From: Candidatus Latescibacterota bacterium
GTDB taxonomy: Bacteria > Latescibacterota > UBA2968 > GCA-2709665
DNA length: 64,000 nucleotides
Direction of reading: 5' to 3'
Assembly: GCA_965237675.1 (NCBI GenBank)
Contig: OZ250150.1
Coordinates: 5,184,001-5,248,000, forward strand
The notes below the pieces were generated by a model. That model did no database searches. It was given only the letters and a program-made list of their open reading frames with translations, and was not told the DNA's origin. Positions 46,327-55,815 of this stretch are shown one piece after another; position 1 is the first letter of the stretch, and every line of letters begins with the position of its first letter. A program made the translations under genes and the position numbers.

Positions 46327-49300
46327 ATGCTGCGTAAACTTGGCGGCGCGATTCTATGGCTGATAGCGATTTTTATGCTTTCGTCGGTTACCGTGTTCAA
46401 CCCGGGCCAGGTAACCGACTTTTTCATTCGGGTCTTCAATATCAAGCCCAGCGTTCCGCAGGTGCGTGTGGAGAAACCCTCGCAGAGAGACGAAGGCATT
46501 CAGGAATTCGCCGATCTGATCTCAGAGTCGGGTCTCCAGGAGACCGTATCCGCTCTGGCCGGAATGGAATCCCGGGTGCCAGGGTATCCGGGGCATAGAG
46601 AGGCGTTCGAATACGTCAAGGGTCGTTTCGAGGCCCTGGGCCTTGAGGATATCACGGTAGAGGAACATCACGTTACCGTACCGATCGACAAAGGGGCGAC
46701 TCTGGAGGTCTTGGCCACCAAAGACACCATCCTGCTTTACGGGCTATGGCCCAATCATGTTCAAACGCCTTCCCTGCCGGAAGGCGGCGTTGCAGGCGCG
46801 CTGATCGACGCGGGGGATGGTTCTTTCAGAGCCTTGAATTCGAAGCCGGTGGCGAATAGCATCGCGTTGATGGAATTCGATTCCGGCCAGAACTATCTCA
46901 ACCCTCGCATGTTAGGCGCGCACGCCATCATATTTTACGACAACGGCGGCGTGAGCAGGGGTCAAGCCCTGGAGAAACTCCTCCAGGTACCGGTGGACGT
47001 GCCCAGGTTCTGGGTGGAGAAAGACGATGCTGGCCGACTGGCTGCACTTGCAAAGTCCAACGCCACACGCGTGAAATTGACTTCCAAGATGGACTGGGAG
47101 AAAGTGCCCACGTGGAACATATACGCCACCCTGCCTGGCTCGGACGATTTTGTCACGGAGCGTGAAGAGCGGAAATGGAAGGACGAGATGGTTGTCTTGA
47201 GTTCGTTCTACGACGCCGCTTCAGTTGTGCCCGCCCTGGCTCCGGGTGCGGAGAATGCGACCGGGCTGGCCGCCCTTCTGGAAGTCGCCGCGGCATTAAA
47301 AGACAAATCGTGGCTGGAATCCTCCTCCGCACTGCCGCAACTGCCGCGGTACACTGTGAAATTTCTGGTAACGGGCGCGCACTTCCAGGGTTTGGCCGGT
47401 GTCAACGACTTTCTGTTCAGGCATTCCCGGGAAAGCGACCACTTCCGGGATTTGATTCCGGACGAACAGAAGATCGACTTCCGACTATTCATCGGATTTG
47501 ACCTATCTAGCGAAACGGACCAGATCGCCAGTTTCTCACACGGTACGTTTATCAACCCGAACTGGTCAACCAACAATTACGAAAACAACCTGCTGGCACC
47601 CTATGCGAAGAAATTCAATAAATACCTGGCCAAAATCTATCCTGGCGAAGAACGTCACATCGACGCCGTTGCACCACCGAAACGAACCTGGAAGAACTAC
47701 ATGCCCGTCCGGCTGGGATTCGATAGCGAGGCGGTCAAATTCGTTGGCAAGGAGGGGATTACGCTGGCCACCCCTTCCACAACGCGCGAAAGGGTGGATA
47801 CGCCCGTGGATCGCGCGGAATACGTCAATTTTGTCAACCTGGCCCGGCAAACGCGAACGGCAACGGGCATGCTTCTGAAAGCGCTGGAAGATCCTGAGTT
47901 TTTCCGGGTGTCCAAACTCAAGCTGCAGGACCTTGGCCACAGCATGAAAGGGCGTATTCTCTGGTTTGAACGAGATGCCGATTTTGCGATTCCACGTGTG
48001 CCCGTGTCGGGGGCTATCGTCACATATCAGCAACCCGGGCCGGTGGCCAGTTGTGGTGGGGTCCGTACGTTGATTGTGGACAAAACCACGGAAGGCCCCA
48101 GATACGTGAGCGACCGTGCCGTGGGGCCCGAATTCGGCACAAAAGAGGAAGTGGAGGCCGCCGGTCGTTTCCATTTCAACATCATGCGCAACCGGTTTAC
48201 GAATCAGATATTTGCGTATGAAATTGACGACCATGGCCGAATCATATCGGCGCCGGATCTGGGCACGGAAGGCGAGGAGAAATTTCCCACCAGGCAGGGC
48301 TACGGATGGTGGGAGAACGAGATGCTGGCGGTCCTCTTCAAGTGCCGTTCTCTCAGCGTGTTTGAAATCATCGATTCCAGTTACCTTTCGGCGCTCGATT
48401 TCATGACCGTGCTGAATGCGGGCGATTCCCAGCCGCTGGAATACGGTTATTACTATATAGAAAACCAGAGCATCAAAGAAGGCGACGTCACGCGGGCGGC
48501 GGTCGCATTTACCGCGATAAACCCTACAACCGGCAGTCCCGATCCCATCAAGATTCTGATGAGCACAGGCCTGTTCGGGGTGAAATACCTGCTGATCAAC
48601 GCCCCTGAGGAGTTTCTGGAAAAACCCGTGGACAAGTGGGACGTGGACGATGACTTGCTGGAGCAGTCCCGCGGCGCCGGTTATCCTCCGGGTGTGATCC
48701 TGTACCCTTCATACAAAGCCGCGAAGGATATGTGGGTGATCGACGACATCCGGATGAAGCAACTTGCCCAGTACGGTATAACGAATGCACGGTTGGAAAA
48801 GCTGCATACGCATGCGGCCGAAGCGCTGAAACGGGCACGGGAGAATCTGGCCAACGACGACTACGAAGGGTTTATCGCCGCGTCGCGGGAAGCATGGGGT
48901 CTGGAAGCCCGCGGCTACCCGGAAGTGATGTCAACCGCAAACGACACGGTGCGTGGAATTATCTTTTATTTCATTCTACTGCTGCCCTTTTCCTTTTTCT
49001 GCGAGCGGTTGCTTTTCGGATTTCCGGATGTCACCCGGCGTCTGGCAGGCTTTGCGGGAATCTTCGTGCTGTTTTTCATAATCCTTCGTTACGTACATCC
49101 GGCCTTCAAACTGAGCAGCACGCCCTATATCATCTTCCTGGCTTTCGTAATCATGGCGCTTGGCGGCATTGCGATGTTCATTGTCGTTTCCAAGTTCGGC
49201 GAAGAGGTCCGGAAGATGAAGCAGGCCTCGGCAGGTACGTACGAGGCGGACGTGGGTCGGTTGAGCGCGACGGCTGCGTCAATTATTCTGGGCATTTCCA

Positions 49301-51123
49301 ATTTACGAAAACGTCCTCTCCGAACCGGACTGACGGCCATCACCCTCACATTGCTCACGTTTACCGCGCTGTCATTCACATCGGTACAGACGTCCATCAA
49401 ATTTTATCGATTGCCGCGAGACAATCAACCGCCGTATCCGGGAGGCCTTGTCCGGGATCGTTCCTGGAGAGGATTGCAGGAATCCGTGCTCCAGTACCTG
49501 ACCAGTGCATTTAAAGGCCGTGCGACAATCGTTCCCCGTGCATGGTACCTGTCTCAGGTTCGCGGTGAACGGGCCTACGTCAATTTTTCCCGGATCACCG
49601 AGCAGACCTCGTACCTTGGCTCGAGAGACACCTATGTCGATTTCGACGTTGGCATAACCACGGGAAAAGACAGCTTTGTGAACGGGTTGCTGGGGCTTAC
49701 CGCGGAAGAGCCGGAAATTACCGGTATCGACCGTTATCTGATGAGCGGGCGGTGGTTTAATCCAGGTGAGACGGATGTGTGCATTCTACCGAACGACCTG
49801 GCGGAATTGGTGGGCATTTTTCCTGAAGACGCCGGTACCGCCAAGGTCGAGATGCTGGGTGGTGTTTTCACGGTCATCGGTATTATGGACTCGGAGGGTT
49901 TCAACAAGTACAAAGATATGGACGACGAGAAGCTGACGCCCGTGGATACGGTCAAGGAGAAGGACGACCTGGCTGATGCTCAGGACCAGGATCCGCGGGT
50001 CGTGGCGGCGGCGCCCATTGAGACGTTTACGCATCTGGAATCGACCAATGTCATGATTCTGCCTTATGATTACGTGCGGAATATTGGAGGCACCCTGAAT
50101 TCCGTCGCAGTAGCGAACTTTGTGGACTCACGGGGCAACGCGAAGACGAACTTCCTGCCGGATGTCGAAGAGTTCATGACCCGCGTATCCCTGACCATGT
50201 TCGTGGGTCACGAGAACAAGGTCACGGTGTACAGTTCCATCGGATCCACGTCTCTTTCCGGGTTGGGCACACTGTTTATCCCGATCCTGATTGCTGCGCT
50301 GATCGTGTTGAATACGATGATGGGCTCCGTGTACGAACGGTTCAACGAAATTGGGATTTACTCCGCGGTGGGGCTGGCGCCCAACCACATTGCTGCGCTG
50401 TTTCTCGCGGAGGCGACGGTATTCGCCACGATCGGCGCCGTACTCGGGTATTTGATTGGACAGGTGCTGGTTCTTGTGCTATTTACCCAGGCACAGGCAC
50501 AGGGACAACTGCTCAGCCTGGAATTGAACTATTCTTCGTTGTCGGCCATTTCTTCCACGTTGATCGTAATGGCGACCGTGTTCCTTTCCACGCTGTATCC
50601 GGCGAAAAAAGCCGCCGATATGGCGGTTCCGGACGTAACGCGAAAGTGGGAATTTCCAGAACCCGACGGGGATAAATGGGTGTTTGATTTTCCGTTTACC
50701 GTTGGCGGCGCGGAAGTGTTGGGCATGTACACCTACCTGACTCGTGTCTTTGAATCCTACGGTGAAGGGTCCGTCGGCGACTTTGTGGCCGATTACGTCC
50801 GTTTTACCTCCGAGGACCTGGAGGGCGAACCCCAATATGAAATCAACCTGACGTGCTGGCTTGCGCCTTACGACCTGGGCATCAGCCAGGAAGTGGAATT
50901 GAGGGCGATACCAACCAGGGAATACAATATTTACAAAATTGTGGTCGTTATCAACCGGCTCAGCGGAGACGTGGCCTCGTGGAAACGAATCAACAGGGGC
51001 TTCCTAAACGTGCTCAGGAAACGATTCCTGGTGTGGCGTACCATTCCACCCGAGTTGAAACACCAGTATGCTGACGAGGGCAAACAGATTCTGGAAAACG
51101 CAGTGGAAGAGGTAAGTGTATAG
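46327..51123 (+). CDS. Giant membrane protein: degenerate M28 peptidase/PA domain plus MacB/FtsX-like permease
   Basis: SRVPGYPG and APGAENATG (M28-like); NLRKRPLRTGLT, GRWF, NTMMGSVYERFNEIGI..AVG, LYPAKKAA (FtsX). ATG 46327 follows a CAGGAG RBS. Confidence 0.85.
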   Translation: MLRKLGGAILWLIAIFMLSSVTVFNPGQVTDFFIRVFNIKPSVPQVRVEKPSQRDEGIQEFADLISESGLQETVSALAGMESRVPGYPGHREAFEYVKGRFEALGLEDITVEEHHVTVPIDKGATLEVLATKDTILLYGLWPNHVQTPSLPEGGVAGALIDAGDGSFRALNSKPVANSIALMEFDSGQNYLNPRMLGAHAIIFYDNGGVSRGQALEKLLQVPVDVPRFWVEKDDAGRLAALAKSNATRVKLTSKMDWEKVPTWNIYATLPGSDDFVTEREERKWKDEMVVLSSFYDAASVVPALAPGAENATGLAALLEVAAALKDKSWLESSSALPQLPRYTVKFLVTGAHFQGLAGVNDFLFRHSRESDHFRDLIPDEQKIDFRLFIGFDLSSETDQIASFSHGTFINPNWSTNNYENNLLAPYAKKFNKYLAKIYPGEERHIDAVAPPKRTWKNYMPVRLGFDSEAVKFVGKEGITLATPSTTRERVDTPVDRAEYVNFVNLARQTRTATGMLLKALEDPEFFRVSKLKLQDLGHSMKGRILWFERDADFAIPRVPVSGAIVTYQQPGPVASCGGVRTLIVDKTTEGPRYVSDRAVGPEFGTKEEVEAAGRFHFNIMRNRFTNQIFAYEIDDHGRIISAPDLGTEGEEKFPTRQGYGWWENEMLAVLFKCRSLSVFEIIDSSYLSALDFMTVLNAGDSQPLEYGYYYIENQSIKEGDVTRAAVAFTAINPTTGSPDPIKILMSTGLFGVKYLLINAPEEFLEKPVDKWDVDDDLLEQSRGAGYPPGVILYPSYKAAKDMWVIDDIRMKQLAQYGITNARLEKLHTHAAEALKRARENLANDDYEGFIAASREAWGLEARGYPEVMSTANDTVRGIIFYFILLLPFSFFCERLLFGFPDVTRRLAGFAGIFVLFFIILRYVHPAFKLSSTPYIIFLAFVIMALGGIAMFIVVSKFGEEVRKMKQASAGTYEADVGRLSATAASIILGISNLRKRPLRTGLTAITLTLLTFTALSFTSVQTSIKFYRLPRDNQPPYPGGLVRDRSWRGLQESVLQYLTSAFKGRATIVPRAWYLSQVRGERAYVNFSRITEQTSYLGSRDTYVDFDVGITTGKDSFVNGLLGLTAEEPEITGIDRYLMSGRWFNPGETDVCILPNDLAELVGIFPEDAGTAKVEMLGGVFTVIGIMDSEGFNKYKDMDDEKLTPVDTVKEKDDLADAQDQDPRVVAAAPIETFTHLESTNVMILPYDYVRNIGGTLNSVAVANFVDSRGNAKTNFLPDVEEFMTRVSLTMFVGHENKVTVYSSIGSTSLSGLGTLFIPILIAALIVLNTMMGSVYERFNEIGIYSAVGLAPNHIAALFLAEATVFATIGAVLGYLIGQVLVLVLFTQAQAQGQLLSLELNYSSLSAISSTLIVMATVFLSTLYPAKKAADMAVPDVTRKWEFPEPDGDKWVFDFPFTVGGAEVLGMYTYLTRVFESYGEGSVGDFVADYVRFTSEDLEGEPQYEINLTCWLAPYDLGISQEVELRAIPTREYNIYKIVVVINRLSGDVASWKRINRGFLNVLRKRFLVWRTIPPELKHQYADEGKQILENAVEEVSV

Positions 51124-51205
51124 AGACGTAGTGTGCCGAGAGTTGCATAACAGCCCGCGGGGTTGCCACCCGCAACCCGTGACTCGCTGCTCCCAATGAG
51201 GAGGG

Positions 51206-53260
51206 GTGGTTTTGGCAATTGAACCCAAGGACAATATAGAAGAGCAGGAACAGTACGAAAATATCATGCCGGTGGATGCGCCGTTTGAAGATGGTTTCAA
51301 TATGAAAACCCTGTGGGCGACGCTATTTGTGGGTCTGGTGATGCTGCCCGGCGCGATCTACCTTGGGCTGGTCACCGGCCAGAACATGGCGGGTGCGTCC
51401 GAATGGGTGACCATCATCCTCTTTCTGGAGATTGCCAAGCGGTCCTTCGTGCGTCTGAAGACGCAGGAGGTCCTGGTGATCTACTGGGTGGCGGGTGGAT
51501 TGCTGGGGGTAGGGGTGAGACTGGGCAGTGCGGCGCTGGTGTATGGGGGGCCGTTCGGCGGACTGATCTGGGATCAATACTTAATCCAATCCCCGGCGGC
51601 GAGGGGACTCGCGGATTTCATCCCGGACTGGGTGGTACCCAGGATCAGCGAGCATCCGGAAATCTACGCCGAACGGACGTTTTTGCACACCGCGTGGTTG
51701 AAGCCGATTGGCATCCTCCTTGCGTTAACCCTGTTAAGCAATACCGCGAGACTTTCGCTGGGATACGTGATGTTTCGCATTACGAGCGATATCGAACGGT
51801 TGCCGTTTCCACTGGCGCCGGTCCAGGCCCGCGGCGCCACCGCGCTGGCCGAGACGTCGGCCAAGCAGGAGGGCTGGAGGTGGCGGGTTTTCAGTACCGG
51901 CGCGTGCATCGGCCTTGTCTGGGGTCTGCTCTACGTTGTTGTGCCCACGCTTTCCAGCATATTCCTGACCGATACGGTCCAGATTCTGCCCATACCCTGG
52001 ATCGATTTTACGGAGCAAATCAAAACCCTCTTGCCGGCGGCGCTGTTTGGAATCGCAACCGACCTGGGCCATCTAATTGTCGGTTTCGTACTGCCGTTCT
52101 GGGTGGTTATCGGGTCGTTTGCCGGCGCCGTACTGGGAAACCTCGTTGTCAACCCGTTTCTTTACAAATACGAAATCCTGGACCGCTGGTCTGCGGGCAT
52201 GACGGCGATCCCGACTTCAATCTCCAACCAGTTCGACTTCTGGTTGAGTTTTGGTATCGGCACTTCGTTTATAATCGCGTTCACCGGATTCTACCAGGTA
52301 TTTCGGGTGCTTATGGAACAACGTCGTCAGAAACAGCAGACAGGGCATCATACATCGGGTATCGACCTCGAGGACCTGCCGGAAGGCCGCTCGGATATGA
52401 AGATGATATACCCGATTCTGTTCTGGGGCGCCGCCACGCTCGGCTTTATCGTGCTATGCCAGATGCTGGTTCCGGAATTCCATTGGGGTTGGGTTGTGTT
52501 CTTCGGACTCATCTATACGCCGATTTCGTCTTATATCGGCGCCCGAATGATTGGCCTGACTGGAAGCCCATACGGGGCGAGTATTCCCTATTTGCGTGAA
52601 GCGGGGATTCTTCTGTCAGGATACAAGGGTGTGGCGGTCTGGTTTGCGCCACTTCCTCTGCACGACCACGGGCTGGCCGTGCCGATCTATAAGCAGATGG
52701 AATTGACAAAGACGAAGTTTGTCAGTTACGTGAAATTGACCGCCGTGACCATGGTCGTGATCTTCATTTTCAGCTTTATTTTCTGGGAATTCATCTGGCG
52801 ACTGGGGCCCATACCTTCGTCCAGCTATTACTATGTGCAGACGTTCTGGCCGTACGACGCCACGATGACGACAATGTGGTTGAAGTCGACGATGCCGGAT
52901 CTCGAAGGACAGGGGACGGTCGGGGTCGAACTCCTAAAGGATATCATCAAGCCGGAAATCATCGGCGCGGGATTCGCGGTGGGTGGTCTCATGTATCTGA
53001 TTCTCGCCGTATTGAAGGCGCCGACACTGTTCTTTTTCGGTTTTGTGGGCTCACTTGCCACGTGGCCCCATTTTGTAATTCTGCAGTTTGCCGGCGCGCT
53101 TCTTGGACGCTTCTACTTCGCCAAGCGTTTCGGCGAATCCAAGTGGCGTGCATACGCGCCCATTCTGCTGGCCGGATATTACTGTGGCATGGGACTCATC
53201 GGGATGACATCCGTTTCGGTTGTGTTAATTTCGAAGGCCGTTTCCCAGGTTGTCTTCTAA
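51206..53260 (+). CDS. OPT-superfamily-like polytopic transporter
   Basis: Many TM helices; FEDGFNMKTLW, YLGLVTG, ERLPFP, PYLREA. GAGGAGG RBS. Confidence 0.78.
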   Translation: MVLAIEPKDNIEEQEQYENIMPVDAPFEDGFNMKTLWATLFVGLVMLPGAIYLGLVTGQNMAGASEWVTIILFLEIAKRSFVRLKTQEVLVIYWVAGGLLGVGVRLGSAALVYGGPFGGLIWDQYLIQSPAARGLADFIPDWVVPRISEHPEIYAERTFLHTAWLKPIGILLALTLLSNTARLSLGYVMFRITSDIERLPFPLAPVQARGATALAETSAKQEGWRWRVFSTGACIGLVWGLLYVVVPTLSSIFLTDTVQILPIPWIDFTEQIKTLLPAALFGIATDLGHLIVGFVLPFWVVIGSFAGAVLGNLVVNPFLYKYEILDRWSAGMTAIPTSISNQFDFWLSFGIGTSFIIAFTGFYQVFRVLMEQRRQKQQTGHHTSGIDLEDLPEGRSDMKMIYPILFWGAATLGFIVLCQMLVPEFHWGWVVFFGLIYTPISSYIGARMIGLTGSPYGASIPYLREAGILLSGYKGVAVWFAPLPLHDHGLAVPIYKQMELTKTKFVSYVKLTAVTMVVIFIFSFIFWEFIWRLGPIPSSSYYYVQTFWPYDATMTTMWLKSTMPDLEGQGTVGVELLKDIIKPEIIGAGFAVGGLMYLILAVLKAPTLFFFGFVGSLATWPHFVILQFAGALLGRFYFAKRFGESKWRAYAPILLAGYYCGMGLIGMTSVSVVLISKAVSQVVF

Positions 53261-53394
53261 TCCGGAAAACAGCATTCCATCATGGAACGCCGCCTGGATT
53301 CCGACTGTCTAATGAAATTACCGAAGACTGCGAATCCGGGCGGTTTTATGTCCGGCCCAAACGACGGGCGGTTTTTATAAAAAGGGAGGTTTCG

Positions 53395-53856
53395 ATGAAA
53401 CGGAGTGAAAGGATCATGAGACTCGCGCTCATCACCTGTATTGTGTTGGGATTTGCCATCGAGGCGGCGGCACAGCCCGACGGCGGGGGCGGGCGCGGAC
53501 GGGGAAGACGCGGGGGCGCGGCGCGGCTCAGAATGATGTTGCCCGTAGAGCAGACGCTGAGTTTTCTGGCTTTTGACGGCAGGATAGCGTTGAAAGACAA
53601 TCAGCTGCTCGAGATCCGGAACGCACTCAAGGAGATTCACGGCAAGCGGGGCGAATTGGAAAAAGAGATGCAGGATGGGGCCGATAGACAGCAAATTTCG
53701 GAGAAACTCGGGCGGCTTCGGAGCACAATGTTCGATAAGGTCAAAGTGGTGCTGGACGACAGTCAGGATAAGGTTCTGGATGGTTATCTGGAGAGGATGC
53801 GGCGAGGGTTTCAACGTGGACGCGGAGGCGGCGGGCGGCGGGGCGGCGGGGTATGA
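53395..53856 (+). CDS. Periplasmic helical protein (Spy/CpxP-like) with Gly/Arg-rich ends
   Basis: Signal peptide ending EAAAQ; LKDNQ and LDDSQ motifs resembling LTxxQ; GGGAGG RBS. Confidence 0.7.
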   Translation: MKRSERIMRLALITCIVLGFAIEAAAQPDGGGGRGRGRRGGAARLRMMLPVEQTLSFLAFDGRIALKDNQLLEIRNALKEIHGKRGELEKEMQDGADRQQISEKLGRLRSTMFDKVKVVLDDSQDKVLDGYLERMRRGFQRGRGGGGRRGGGV

Positions 53857-53959
53857 CGTGATCGTCAAGGACCACGATGCGATGATATGGCGGCTCCCCG
53901 CGGCGGGTTCGCCATATCTTGTTGAGCCGCCGACACCCGCGAGAATGCGAATTTTCCGG

Positions 53960-53988
53960 TTGACAGATTCCGGGGCGCCATTTACTTT
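53960..53988 (+). promoter_or_regulatory. Sigma70-type promoter
   Basis: TTGACA-N17-TACTTT. Confidence 0.5.
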
Positions 53989-54270
53989 GATTGATTGCGG
54001 GAGCATTTCGCCGCGACCAGAACCCGATTCTCGCTTGCGGACTCGCCCCTCCAAGGCAGACCGGGGGATGTTTATTCCCCACCGGTCTTCCCCTACTCCT
54101 GCACACGCCCGGTACTTGAACTTGCTACGGGGCCGCAGGACGCACGAAGGAAGCGGGGCCAGTTCAACCGCGGCCATTGGACGACTGAAACACGCCGTCA
54201 ACCGCTCGTTTTTCCGCGGGTGCGTATTTCGGAAACGCAGCCGGTATAGAGCCTGAAGAAAAGAGGGCGA

Positions 54271-55656
54271 ATGAATTTCCTGGATGTCGGCGGACGGTTT
54301 GAAAAACCGTTCACCTTTGCCGTGGTGGGCGACACGCACTTTTTGCATCCAAAGTTCGGTCGGCAAGCAGGTGAAACCGGCGGTTCGTTTCGACCATTGC
54401 AGGTCGACCAGTACCTCGAGAGCGTGCATTATGTTCTTATGCCAATGATGGCGTCACTAAAGGAAATGTCGCCGGCTTTTGTGGTCATCACCGGAGATCT
54501 GGTGGAGGGGCACCAGGACGTCGAACTCTCCATTGACGAGATTAAGGAAGGACTGGATTTTTTCGAAGGATATGGGATTCCGCTGTTATTCGCGTGTGGA
54601 AACAGGGATCGAGTTGAAGCATTCGACGGCGTCGTTCGGCCATATCTCGCCCGTTGGCTCGGCAGGACACCCCGAGAACGTTATTTCTTCCTGGATGTTG
54701 CCGGTTGCCGGCTGGTTTTCCTCGACACGCCCACGTGGAAGAGGCGGGGTGCCCAGCGGGAGTGGTTGGAGCTTACGTTGGAAGGGCGGGAGGCTGCGGG
54801 AATAGATCGTACCTTTCTGTTTGGACACCATCCTGTCTGGCCGGTTGCAAGGGCCTTTTTTTCCGAAATAGATTTTCATCTCGATATTCCGGAAATTCTG
54901 GGGAAACATCCGGTAGACGCCTTTTTTTGTGGACATACCCACAACCAGAGCGTGTTGCTTCACCGGACGGACGGACGACCCGTTCTGCAATGTATGTGTG
55001 CGTCCATCGGCCTCTCCGGTGAGATTCCAACGCCGCTGGATCGGGTGCAAAACCTGTTACCGTATCCACAGGACGTCCTGGCCTGCTGGCCGGGCTATCT
55101 TGAGAATACGGCGCCAGGATGGTTTGTTGTCCATGTCAACCCAATCTCGGTCGAAGCGGCATGGCATCATCTGAATAGAGGTGTGGAGACCCGACTTGCG
55201 TGGCATCGCCCCGGAGACCTTTCGGCGTTCGAAAAAATGGAACACCCCCCCGATGCACATTTGATATACGACGACTTGAACCACATTCGTCGCGCCACCT
55301 TGAGGTTCTGCGGATGGCATGCTTTGCGTCCGGATAAGCAGGTTTTCCTCAATGGTGAGCCGGTTGGCAACCTGCCTCCCGCGAACGACTACGCGCCGAT
55401 CCGGATGGAGTTGCCCGCCCGATGCCTTGGGCATATGCGCATGGAGAATCGGATCGAGATCCGGGTTCCTCGTAACGAAGCATGCACGCTAGGCAATTTC
55501 GTACTGGAAGCGGTCTTGCCTGGTGAACGATTTGTACGGACCCGGCCCACAGGCGAGATTTTTACCTGGTCCGACCGGTGGGGCGCGTGGAACTCGACCT
55601 GGTTGCAGAGAATGAACCCCGGACGGTCAGCAGCCACATTGTTGTGTTTTCACTGA
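54271..55656 (+). CDS. Calcineurin-like metallophosphoesterase with C-terminal beta domain
   Basis: GDTH, TGDLV, GNRD (the usual GNHD has H to R), GHHP, CGHTHN. Confidence 0.85.
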   Translation: MNFLDVGGRFEKPFTFAVVGDTHFLHPKFGRQAGETGGSFRPLQVDQYLESVHYVLMPMMASLKEMSPAFVVITGDLVEGHQDVELSIDEIKEGLDFFEGYGIPLLFACGNRDRVEAFDGVVRPYLARWLGRTPRERYFFLDVAGCRLVFLDTPTWKRRGAQREWLELTLEGREAAGIDRTFLFGHHPVWPVARAFFSEIDFHLDIPEILGKHPVDAFFCGHTHNQSVLLHRTDGRPVLQCMCASIGLSGEIPTPLDRVQNLLPYPQDVLACWPGYLENTAPGWFVVHVNPISVEAAWHHLNRGVETRLAWHRPGDLSAFEKMEHPPDAHLIYDDLNHIRRATLRFCGWHALRPDKQVFLNGEPVGNLPPANDYAPIRMELPARCLGHMRMENRIEIRVPRNEACTLGNFVLEAVLPGERFVRTRPTGEIFTWSDRWGAWNSTWLQRMNPGRSAATLLCFH

Positions 55657-55815
55657 GGCGCCGGCATGGAGCCTCGTTCGGTTTTCGCTCGGCATCGGGG
55701 GGGGGGGCGCCGGTCGTGACTCCCCCTCCCAATACACGCAGAAAGTGTCAGTGCGCAGGGAAACCCACCCAGGCATTCAATCAGCATCAAGGGAATTGAG
55801 ACTCCGGACCGCTCA

